A stretch of DNA of 64,000 bases from Nibricoccus sp. (GTDB lineage: Bacteria; Verrucomicrobiota; Verrucomicrobiia; Opitutales; Opitutaceae), in assembly GCA_047602425.1 (NCBI GenBank), contig JASGHG010000001.1, forward strand, positions 4,864,001 through 4,928,000, in the 5' to 3' direction. Shown here piece by piece: positions 20,544-29,295 of this stretch. Position 1 is the stretch's first letter; each line of letters starts with the position of its first letter. The notes beneath the pieces were generated by a model. That model ran no database searches. It had not been told where the DNA came from and saw only the letters and a list, made by a program, of their open reading frames with translations. The translations under genes and the position numbers were made by a program.

Positions 20544-22063
20544 ACGAACCAGGCGACATCGTTCTTGCCGCGCGCGGAATCACGAAATCCTTCCCCGGAG
20601 TTCGTGCACTCAATGATGTCAGCCTGACGCTCCGTCGCGGCCGGTTGATGGCGCTCCTTGGCGAAAATGGCGCAGGTAAATCCACGTTGATGAATATCCT
20701 CGCCGGCGTTTTTCCGCCCGACGCAGGGGAAATCACGCTCGGCGGTCGCAAGGTCGTTTTCGGCAATCCGCGTCAGGCCCGCGAACATGGCGTCGGCATC
20801 ATTTTTCAGGAGCTGAGCCTGCTTTCCAATCTCACGATCGCCGAAAATATTTTTCTCGGCCGCGAACCGCGCAACGCTCTCGGCTTTGTCGATTACGCAC
20901 GCATGAATCGCGAAACCGCGGATTTGTTGCAACGCGTGTCGCTCTCCCTGCCGCCGACGACGCCGGCCAGTGAACTCCGTGTCGGCCAGCAACAGCTTGT
21001 GGAAATCGCGCGTGCCCTGTCGATGGACGTCCGCGTGCTCATCATGGACGAGCCGACTTCGGCGCTTTCCGAAAACGAAGTGAATTTGTTATTCACTCTC
21101 ATCGCCGACCTCAAGAAGCGAGGCGTCGCCATCGTCTATATCACTCACAAGTTTGAAGAACTCGGTCCTCTGGCTGACGACGTGACCGTGCTCCGCGACG
21201 GCTGCTTCGTCGGAGCCGCCGCATTCCACGAACTCACTTTGCCGCAAATCATTTCGATGATGGTCGGCCGCGAGTCCGGCGAATTGTATCAGAAAGCTCC
21301 CGGTTCTCCGCGCGACGAAGTGCTCCGCGTCGAGGGCGCGAGTTTGCGTCATTCGCAACGTCACGGCGATTTTCTCGTGCAGGACGTTTCCTTCTCCGTC
21401 CGCCGTGGCGAGATTCTCGGTATATTCGGACTAATGGGTGCCGGACGCACCGAACTGCTTGAAACAATCTTCGGCCTCCATCCATCGTCAGGCCGCGCCC
21501 GGATCACGATCGAAGGGAAACCTATTGCCATCGCCAATCCGGCCGATGCCATCGCCGCAGGCCTCGCCCTTGCGCCAGAGGATCGCAAACGAGACGGGCT
21601 TGTTCTCGAAATGAGCGTGCAGGAAAACGCCTCGCTCGCGTGCCTCGCTCAGACCCGTCGCTTCGGATTTCTCAGTTCCCAGCGCGAGGAAGCCGCCACC
21701 AAGCCCTTCATCGAGCGTTTCCGCGTGAAAACCCCGAGTCCGCGACAGATCATCCGCAACCTCTCGGGCGGCAACCAGCAAAAGGTCATTCTCGCCAAGT
21801 GGCTCGCCATCGGCCCGAAGGTTTTGCTGCTCGACGAACCCACGCGCGGCATCGACATCGGCGCCAAAAAAGAAATTTACACGCTGATCGAAGAGTTTGC
21901 CCGCGAAGGTTTGGGTGTGGTGGTTGTTTCGTCAGAGTTGCCTGAAGTCCTCGCCGTCTCCGATCGCGTCGTCGTCATGTGCGAAGGCCGCAAAACCGCT
22001 GAGTTTGCCCGCGCCGAAGCCACTCCGGAAAAAATGCTCCACGCCGCCCTGCCCCGCAATTGA
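20540..22063 (+). CDS. Sugar ABC transporter ATP-binding protein (double ATPase, RbsA-like)
   Basis: GENGAGKSTL, MDEPTSAL, LSGGNQQKV, LLDEPTRGID. Confidence 0.96.
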   Translation: MNEPGDIVLAARGITKSFPGVRALNDVSLTLRRGRLMALLGENGAGKSTLMNILAGVFPPDAGEITLGGRKVVFGNPRQAREHGVGIIFQELSLLSNLTIAENIFLGREPRNALGFVDYARMNRETADLLQRVSLSLPPTTPASELRVGQQQLVEIARALSMDVRVLIMDEPTSALSENEVNLLFTLIADLKKRGVAIVYITHKFEELGPLADDVTVLRDGCFVGAAAFHELTLPQIISMMVGRESGELYQKAPGSPRDEVLRVEGASLRHSQRHGDFLVQDVSFSVRRGEILGIFGLMGAGRTELLETIFGLHPSSGRARITIEGKPIAIANPADAIAAGLALAPEDRKRDGLVLEMSVQENASLACLAQTRRFGFLSSQREEAATKPFIERFRVKTPSPRQIIRNLSGGNQQKVILAKWLAIGPKVLLLDEPTRGIDIGAKKEIYTLIEEFAREGLGVVVVSSELPEVLAVSDRVVVMCEGRKTAEFARAEATPEKMLHAALPRN

Positions 22064-22080
22064 ATCGACGCCGCGCCCCC

Positions 22081-23067
22081 ATGCTTTCGCCAAAACAAAA
22101 AGCCCTCCTCGCCCGTTCGCAGTCGCTGGTCGCCCTGCTGGTTATGGTCGTCGCACTCAGTCTGCTCTCGGATAAATTTCTGACGCCTGAAAATGGCTGG
22201 AATATTCTCAAACAGATTTCGATGAACCTCTGTCTGTCGATTGGCATGACCCTGGTGATCATCACGGGCGGCATCGATTTGTCGGTCGGCTCCATGCTCG
22301 CGCTTTCGGGAGCCATCGCGGCCGGACTTCTGAAAAACGGCCTCAGCATTCCCTTCCTCGGCGTGGACCTCGACGTCACGGTGAGCGGCGCGATCCTCGC
22401 CGGCATTGGCGTCGGCGCTTTGCTCGGCGCTTTCAATGGCACTGTCATCACGCGCTTCAAGCTGCCTCCTTTCATTGCCACCTTGGGCATGCTCAGCATC
22501 GGGCGCGGCTTGACCGAGCTTTGGACAAAAGGTTTTCCGATCACCGGTCTTGGCGAAGCCTTCGGTTTTATTGGCACTGGCTTTTGGTTTGGTGTTCCGA
22601 TGCCCGTCTGGATCATGGCCGGACTTGTCGCGATCTTTGTGGTCGTCACGCAGCGCACCCGCTTTGGCCGCCACGTCTACGCGGTCGGCGGCAGCGAGCG
22701 TGCCGCCATGCTGACCGGCCTCAACGTCGACCGCATCAAGCTGGCTGTCTATACGATTTGCGGTGCGCTCAGCGGCGTAGCCGGGCTCATTTTCACCGCC
22801 CGACTCGACTCCGCTCAGCCCAATGCCGGCAACAGTTTCGAACTCGACGCCATCGCGGCAGTCGTGATCGGTGGGACTTCGCTCTCCGGCGGACGCGGCA
22901 GCATCGGCGGCACTGTTCTCGGCTGTCTCATCATCGGCGTTTTGAACAATGGACTTTTCCTCCTTAACGTTTCCCCGTTCTGGCAAAAGGTGATCAAGGG
23001 CTTCGTCATCCTTCTCGCTGTCATCATCGACCGCGCCAGTGCAAAACGCGCCGCTGCATCCAAATGA
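22081..23067 (+). CDS. Sugar ABC transporter permease (RbsC-like)
   Basis: GGIDLSVGS, LPPFIATLG, FELDAIAAVVIGGTSLSGGRG. Confidence 0.96.
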   Translation: MLSPKQKALLARSQSLVALLVMVVALSLLSDKFLTPENGWNILKQISMNLCLSIGMTLVIITGGIDLSVGSMLALSGAIAAGLLKNGLSIPFLGVDLDVTVSGAILAGIGVGALLGAFNGTVITRFKLPPFIATLGMLSIGRGLTELWTKGFPITGLGEAFGFIGTGFWFGVPMPVWIMAGLVAIFVVVTQRTRFGRHVYAVGGSERAAMLTGLNVDRIKLAVYTICGALSGVAGLIFTARLDSAQPNAGNSFELDAIAAVVIGGTSLSGGRGSIGGTVLGCLIIGVLNNGLFLLNVSPFWQKVIKGFVILLAVIIDRASAKRAAASK

Positions 23068-24386
23068 AAACAATCCAGTTTGCGTCTTTTATTTTCGCCG
23101 TCGGTGGTCTTTTCCTTTCCGCCTTTGCCTCGGAAAACTCCTCTGAGCCGCGTCATCGCATCCTGGTATCCACCGATGTCGGCGGGACGGACTTCGACGA
23201 CTATCAGTCGCTCGTTCATCTTTTTGTCTACGCAGACAGGTTCGACCTTGAGGGAATCGTCTCCTCACCGATGGGTGGCCCTGGCCGTCTTTCGCAGATT
23301 TTGCGCGTGATCGACGTTTACGAGAAAGACTATCCCACCCTTCGCACTTATTCGCCGCTTTATCCCGCACCGGACGCGCTGCGCTCCATCTCCAAACAGG
23401 GTGCGACCTCGGCCGCGGGATTGCGTGGCTTCGAAAAGCCCACGGAAGGATCGGAGTGGATCATCCGCTGCGCCAAACGCGACGATCCTCGTCCGCTCTG
23501 GCTGCTGTTGTGGGGCGGAATGGACGACCTCGCTCAGGCTTTGCATGACGATCCCAGCATAAAGCCCAAACTGCGCGTTTACTATATTGGTGGCCCAAAT
23601 AAAAAATGGAATCCCACGGCCTACGACTATGTCGCCCGCGAGCATCCTGATCTGTGGATGATTGAAGCCAATTCCACCTACTACGGTTGGTTCATGGGTG
23701 GAAACCAAACCGGCGAATGGGGCAATACCGCCTTCGTCGCCAAACATATCGCGGGTCGCGGCGCGCTCGGCGATTTTTTTGCCGGTTTTAATTGGGATGG
23801 CAAAGTCCGCAATACCCTCAAAATGGGCGATTCCCCTTCGCTCGCTTATCTGCTCAACGGCACACCGGAGGATCCAGTGAAGACCCGTTCATGGGGCGGC
23901 TCGTTTGTACGAGCCTGGGATCGGCCGCGAAAAGTATTTGATCACGCGGAAAAGACTCCGCCCACAACCGATGACAAGGTGGAAACCTACTCTGTCGTCG
24001 ACATCGTCTACCGCCTCCCCGCACCGGTTCCGCCGGACACTCAATGCACGCTGCTGGTCGACAACCAGGAATTCCCTGCGTTTGTCGACGAGTCCGGTGC
24101 GGCTCATTTTGTCTATTGCCCCAAGTTAGCGAAGTCCTGGCTCTACAAAACAAAAAGCACTTTCCCCGCTCTCGACGGGCTGACGGGCGGTTTCACCTCG
24201 ATCGATCCGACGTCTGAACTGGCCGCCCATCCCGCGGCCCGCTATCCCCAGTGGTGGACCGACAATCCCGCGCCTGAACTGGCTGAAGGCAGCCAGCAAG
24301 GCGCCAAAACCATCAACCGCTGGCGCGAGGATCTTCTCCGCGATTTCGCCACCCGCATGCTGCGCTGCGCCTCTCCTAAACCATGA
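23064..24386 (+). CDS. Secreted DUF1593 / nucleoside-hydrolase-like protein 1
   Basis: Signal peptide; [46 protein letters not shown]. Confidence 0.82.
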   Translation: MKTIQFASFIFAVGGLFLSAFASENSSEPRHRILVSTDVGGTDFDDYQSLVHLFVYADRFDLEGIVSSPMGGPGRLSQILRVIDVYEKDYPTLRTYSPLYPAPDALRSISKQGATSAAGLRGFEKPTEGSEWIIRCAKRDDPRPLWLLLWGGMDDLAQALHDDPSIKPKLRVYYIGGPNKKWNPTAYDYVAREHPDLWMIEANSTYYGWFMGGNQTGEWGNTAFVAKHIAGRGALGDFFAGFNWDGKVRNTLKMGDSPSLAYLLNGTPEDPVKTRSWGGSFVRAWDRPRKVFDHAEKTPPTTDDKVETYSVVDIVYRLPAPVPPDTQCTLLVDNQEFPAFVDESGAAHFVYCPKLAKSWLYKTKSTFPALDGLTGGFTSIDPTSELAAHPAARYPQWWTDNPAPELAEGSQQGAKTINRWREDLLRDFATRMLRCASPKP

Positions 24387-25807
24387 AACCGCTCCAACTC
24401 ATCCTCGTCTTCATCGGTCTGATCGCGGCATCCTGGTCGTTCGCTGCTGACAAACCGCGTGTTTTCGTCCTCACCGATATCGAAAACGAACCCGATGATA
24501 CCATGTCGATGGTTCGTTTTTTGGTGTATTCAAATAACTACGACGTCGAAGGCCTCGTCGCCACCACGTCCGTTCATCAAAGATCCCGCGTCGCTCCCCA
24601 ACGCATCCGTCAGGTTGTGGATGCGTACGCCAAGGTTCGCGACAACCTGGAGCAGCACGAAGCAGGTTTTCCCACGGCCGACTACCTTCGCGAGCGCATC
24701 AGCGAAGGCCTGCCCGTTTGCGGAATGCAGGGAGTCGGAGAAGGCAAAGATTCGCCTGGCTCTGAGTTGCTGATCCGCGCGGCCGACCGCGATGATCCGC
24801 GTCCACTTTGGGTTCCCGTCTGGGGCGGCCCCAATGTGCTCGCGCAGGCTTTGTGGAAGATTCGCGCCACGCGTTCCCCGGAAGCGTTGGCAAAATTCGT
24901 CGCCAAGCTGCATGTTTATACGATCTCCGACCAGGACGACAGCGGTCCCTGGATCCGAAAAGAGTTTCCCGAACTGTTTTATATCACCAGCCCCGGCGTC
25001 CACGCTGGCGGCGCCTATCATCACGCCACGTGGAGCGGCATCAGCGGCGACAATTTCCACGGTCGTTTTGCCGGCGCGGATTTTTCTGTGGTCACCAACG
25101 AATGGCTCGAGCAAAACATTCACCGCAAAGGCCCGCTCGGCGCCGAATATCCTCGTTGGGAATTTTTGATGGAAGGCGACACGCCGTCGTTTCTCAATCT
25201 CATCAACAACGGGCTGAACTCGCCCGAACATCCCAATTGGGGCGGCTGGGGTGGCCGCTACGAACTGTATACGCCGAGGTTCGAAAAATGGCATCTCATG
25301 CCGGAGACCCGCCCCATCTGGACCAATGCGCAGGACGAGGTCTTTGGCACCGACAGCAAATGGCACACCGGGAATCACGAAACGATCTGGCGCTGGCGCG
25401 GCGCGTTTCAAAACGATTTCGCCGCCCGCATGGACTGGACAATCAAGGCCTACAAGGACGCTAATCACCCGCCCGGGCCCAAGCTCGGCCATGCCGCGCG
25501 GCTCACTGCAAAATTTGGCCAGCGGGTCGATCTCAGCGCCGAAGGATCGAGCGATCCCGATGGTGACGCGCTTTCGTACGAGTGGTTTTACTACGACGAA
25601 GCCGGCACCCTCGCTCTTTCCAGTGGCAGCTCGGGCCAGCCGCTCGCCATTCACAACTCCGACCAGCAAAAAGCTTGGTTCACTGTTCCAACTTCACGCA
25701 TCATGCCTGAGAAAGGTGGCGAAATGCACGTCATCCTTGCCGTCACCGACCACGGATCGCCTCGCCTTACCCGTTACCAACGGGTGATCATCACCGTCAG
25801 TCCTTGA
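24383..25807 (+). CDS. Secreted DUF1593 / nucleoside-hydrolase-like protein 2 with C-terminal beta domain
   Basis: [78 protein letters not shown]. Confidence 0.88.
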   Translation: MKPLQLILVFIGLIAASWSFAADKPRVFVLTDIENEPDDTMSMVRFLVYSNNYDVEGLVATTSVHQRSRVAPQRIRQVVDAYAKVRDNLEQHEAGFPTADYLRERISEGLPVCGMQGVGEGKDSPGSELLIRAADRDDPRPLWVPVWGGPNVLAQALWKIRATRSPEALAKFVAKLHVYTISDQDDSGPWIRKEFPELFYITSPGVHAGGAYHHATWSGISGDNFHGRFAGADFSVVTNEWLEQNIHRKGPLGAEYPRWEFLMEGDTPSFLNLINNGLNSPEHPNWGGWGGRYELYTPRFEKWHLMPETRPIWTNAQDEVFGTDSKWHTGNHETIWRWRGAFQNDFAARMDWTIKAYKDANHPPGPKLGHAARLTAKFGQRVDLSAEGSSDPDGDALSYEWFYYDEAGTLALSSGSSGQPLAIHNSDQQKAWFTVPTSRIMPEKGGEMHVILAVTDHGSPRLTRYQRVIITVSP

Positions 25808-25813
25808 TCTCCC

Positions 25814-27889
25814 ATGCGCCTGCTCATCATTCCCGCCGTTCTCCTCGCCGTCGTGTTTTCGCTCTCCGCCCGCGCTGGAGAAAAATCCCTCATCGACACG
25901 ACTCGTTCGCCGAATGCCAAAATGTACATGGTCGATCTCGGCGACGTCCACTGGACCAGTGGCTTCTGGGCCGAGCGTTTCGATGTTTGTCGCACAACCA
26001 TGGTTCCCCATCTCTGGGAAATCTTTCGCAACCCAAAGGAAAGCCACGCCTGGGACAATTTCCTCATGGCCGCCGGACTCGGCGAAGGTCGCGGCGACGG
26101 CAAACCGCACGGTCCTCCATTCAACGACGGTGATTTTCTGAAATGGCTTGAGGCGCTCGCACAGATCTACGCCGTCACCCGCGATCCCGCGATCGACAAG
26201 CAGATGGACGACATCATTGCCGTGGTCGCAAAAGCCCAGCGCGAGGATGGCTACCTTCACACGCACAAGATTGTGCCACAGCGCCGCGGTCAGTCCGGTG
26301 CAGCCGCCAAGGAGTTCGAGGATCGCGAACACTTCGAAACCTACAATATGGGCCACCTGATTACGACGGCCTGTATTCATTATCGCGTTACAGGAAAAAC
26401 CACGTTGCTCGACTGCGCCCGCAAAGCGGCCGATTACATCGAGCGCCTCTGCAAAAACGTGCCCGCCGATCTCGCGCGCAATGCCATTTGCCCTTCGCAC
26501 TACATGGCCGTGGTGGAACTCTACCGCACGACTCGCGAGCCGCGTTATCTCGAACTCGCCAAACAGCTCATCGAAATCCGCAATCTCGTCGGCGGAAAAG
26601 AGGGCTCCGATCACAATCAGGATCGTACGCCCTTCCGCGAAACGTTCGAAGCCGTCGGCCACGCAGTTCGCGCGAACTATCTCTATGCCGGCGTCACGGA
26701 TCTCGTTACCGAAAATGGCGACCAAACGCTTTTCAAGCCGCTCGACGCCATCGGACACGATGTTGCCGAACAAAAACTCTACATCACCGGCATGACCGGG
26801 GCGCTTTATGATGGCGCTTCGCCCGATGGCGCCGAAAACAAACTCTACGCCCAAATCAAACCCGTCCACCAAGCCTACGGCCGCGATTTTCAATTGCCCA
26901 ATCTCACGGCCTACAACGAAACCTGCGCAACGATTGGTTACGCAATGTGGACCTGGCGCATGCTCGAACTCACCGGTGAAGCGCGCTACGCCGATCTTTT
27001 CGAGCAAACGCTCTACAACGGCGTCCTCCCCGGCATCAGCCTCGATGGAAAACTCTATTTTTACGTCAATCCGCTGCGCAAATCCGCCGACTTCAAGTGG
27101 CCAATGCGCTGGTCGCGTACTCGCGTCGCCAACATCCCTTCGTCTTTCTGCTGTCCGCCCAATGTTGTCCGAACCATCGCCGAGGCGCACAATTACGTGT
27201 ATTCACTTTCCCCCGACACGCTTTGGGTCCACCTCTACGCCGCCAACACGCTCGACACGGCCTGGATTGATGGCAGCCGCATCAAATTGAAACAAGAGAC
27301 CGATTATCCCTGGGATGGTATGGTCAAAATCACCATCGCCGAAGCTCCCCCGCGACCGATCACGTTGAAGCTGCGCATCCCCGCTTGGCTCCGCGCCGGA
27401 ACCGCAACCGTCAAAGTGAAGGGCAAACCCGTCGACGGCACACCGCGACCGGGAAACTATTTCGAAATCAAACGCGAATGGAAATCGGGTGATCAAATCG
27501 AAATCGCGATGTCGTTTACCCCAATCCTCATGGAATCCAATCCCATGGTTGAGGAAACGGTCAACCAGGTCGCTGTGAAATTCGGTCCTCTTGTGTACTG
27601 CCTCGAAGGCGATGATGTCCCGAAGGGCGTTCCCATGTCCGATCTCGCACTGTCGCTCTCAGACAAGTTGCCGGAGTTTGAAAAGAAGTCTGAGGAAATT
27701 GCCGGAGCCCACGTCATCACCTTGGCGACAAAAGCCCGGCACTATCCGCGCAAACCCTGGGCCTCCGACTCCCTCTACCGGGAAGCCGAACTACTCAAGC
27801 CACTTCGGCTTAACATCAAACTCGTCCCCTACTACACGTGGGGCAACCGCAGCGACTCCGACATGACCGTCTGGCTTCCCGCCCGGTAA
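25814..27889 (+). CDS. GH127 glycoside hydrolase, aceric-acid-hydrolase-like
   Basis: Signal peptide; VGHAVRANYLY, YNETCA, FCCPPNVVRT GH127 motifs. The N-terminal SPNAK..DVHWTSGFWAERF..GPPFNDGDF..ICPSHYM pattern resembles my recollection of the BT1003-type clade. Confidence 0.88.
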   Translation: MRLLIIPAVLLAVVFSLSARAGEKSLIDTTRSPNAKMYMVDLGDVHWTSGFWAERFDVCRTTMVPHLWEIFRNPKESHAWDNFLMAAGLGEGRGDGKPHGPPFNDGDFLKWLEALAQIYAVTRDPAIDKQMDDIIAVVAKAQREDGYLHTHKIVPQRRGQSGAAAKEFEDREHFETYNMGHLITTACIHYRVTGKTTLLDCARKAADYIERLCKNVPADLARNAICPSHYMAVVELYRTTREPRYLELAKQLIEIRNLVGGKEGSDHNQDRTPFRETFEAVGHAVRANYLYAGVTDLVTENGDQTLFKPLDAIGHDVAEQKLYITGMTGALYDGASPDGAENKLYAQIKPVHQAYGRDFQLPNLTAYNETCATIGYAMWTWRMLELTGEARYADLFEQTLYNGVLPGISLDGKLYFYVNPLRKSADFKWPMRWSRTRVANIPSSFCCPPNVVRTIAEAHNYVYSLSPDTLWVHLYAANTLDTAWIDGSRIKLKQETDYPWDGMVKITIAEAPPRPITLKLRIPAWLRAGTATVKVKGKPVDGTPRPGNYFEIKREWKSGDQIEIAMSFTPILMESNPMVEETVNQVAVKFGPLVYCLEGDDVPKGVPMSDLALSLSDKLPEFEKKSEEIAGAHVITLATKARHYPRKPWASDSLYREAELLKPLRLNIKLVPYYTWGNRSDSDMTVWLPAR

Positions 27890-27958
27890 TAAATCCTTCT
27901 CTTTACTCATTCTCTTTATCTTTCTCCTCCAGCCCATCCGTCCAACTCCCCGAAATCC

Positions 27959-29261
27959 ATGAGCCAACCAATACCAGCCCCAACCTCTAAAGCCGAGGCC
28001 GCCCAGGCCGTCCAGATCACTCGCCAGCAATGGAAATGGTCCGCCCTTGCCGGCATGGCCTCCTACCTCGATGCCGGCTCCATCGTCGCCCTCGGTGCGG
28101 GTCTCGCGATTTTTCAGAAGCAATTTGGCATGAGCGATGGAGCGGTTGGCACGCTTCAAGCCATCGGCCCCAACGCCTTTGGTTGCGCAGCGGGCGCTTT
28201 GCTGGGCGGTTGGCTCGGCGACAAACTCGGTCGAAAACGCATCTACCAGTATGACCTCATCGTCTATGCCATTGGCATTCTGCTGATCGCATTTTCAATG
28301 AATAAGGAGATGCTTTTTGGCGGCACGTTCATCGTCGGACCTCGCGGTTGGCGCCGACATTCCCACGTCGCTCGCCCTCGTCGGCGAACTCGCCCCGGAC
28401 AAAGCGCGTGGCAAACTTCTCGGCTTCACCCAAGTCGCCTGGTGTCTCGGGCCGGCAATCGTGCTCTGGCTCGCTCTCGCTCTTTCCGGCATCGGACTGC
28501 TCGGTGTCCGCATTGTTTTCCTCCATCTGTTTGTGGTCGCTTTTGTGACTTGGGCACTCCGACGCGGCTTGGCTGAATCGGCTCGCTGGAAAGATGCCAA
28601 GGCCGCCTACCAAATCACCCGCTCCAAGGCGGCCGAAACCGCCGCGCTCTTTTCCGGCGCGAATTTCCGCGCGTTGGTTTGGACTGCCACTATCTATACG
28701 TTTTGGAACCTTGCTGCAGGCACAGCCGGCGCGTTTAATTCCTACCTGATCACAAAGCACAACGCCGACAATCAGGCCCTTGGCGTCGGCCTGCCGAGTG
28801 CGGCCTTTGTCAGCATGATGCTCGTGACTCTCACGGTCTTCATGCCTTACTCGGATCGCAACCATCGCACGAGAAAATGGCTCTGGGCTATTGGTTCGCT
28901 CACGCAAATTTTTGCCTACGCGCTCTTGATCGTCATGCCCTTCAGCATTCCGGTCATCGTGGCCAACATTGTGCTCTTTGCGGGTGGCGCTGCGCTCGCC
29001 GGCGAGGCCTTCTATAAGGTTTTCAGCCAGGAACTCTTTCCCACCATGTTGCGCGGCACGGCCCAAGGCTTCACGTTTGGCTTCGCGCGCATCGCGGTCG
29101 GTGTATGGAGTGTCTTCGTGCCAAAACTCGCCCACGATGGTGTCGGCACGCTCGCGACTTTCCTCACACTTTTCCTCGTGATCAGCGGCGCCGTCGGTTT
29201 CTTCCTCATGCCCAACACCTCCGGAAAATCACTGGAGCAGATCGAAACCGAGCGCTCCTAA
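27959..29261 (+). CDS. MFS sugar transporter, interrupted by one extra base near 28340
   Basis: ORFs 27959..28576 (SYLDAGSIVA, GWLGDKLGRKRI) and 28317..29261 join as GTFIVG|LAVGADIPTS if one C of 28340-28341 is removed. Confidence 0.88.
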
Positions 29262-29295
29262 TTACACTAATCCCATCGCACTTCACTCGTTCCGC

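Noticed and set aside
18911..23067. Ribose transporter rbsABC
   Set aside because: No ribokinase or RbsD; DUF2291 and the neighbouring enzymes point to another sugar.
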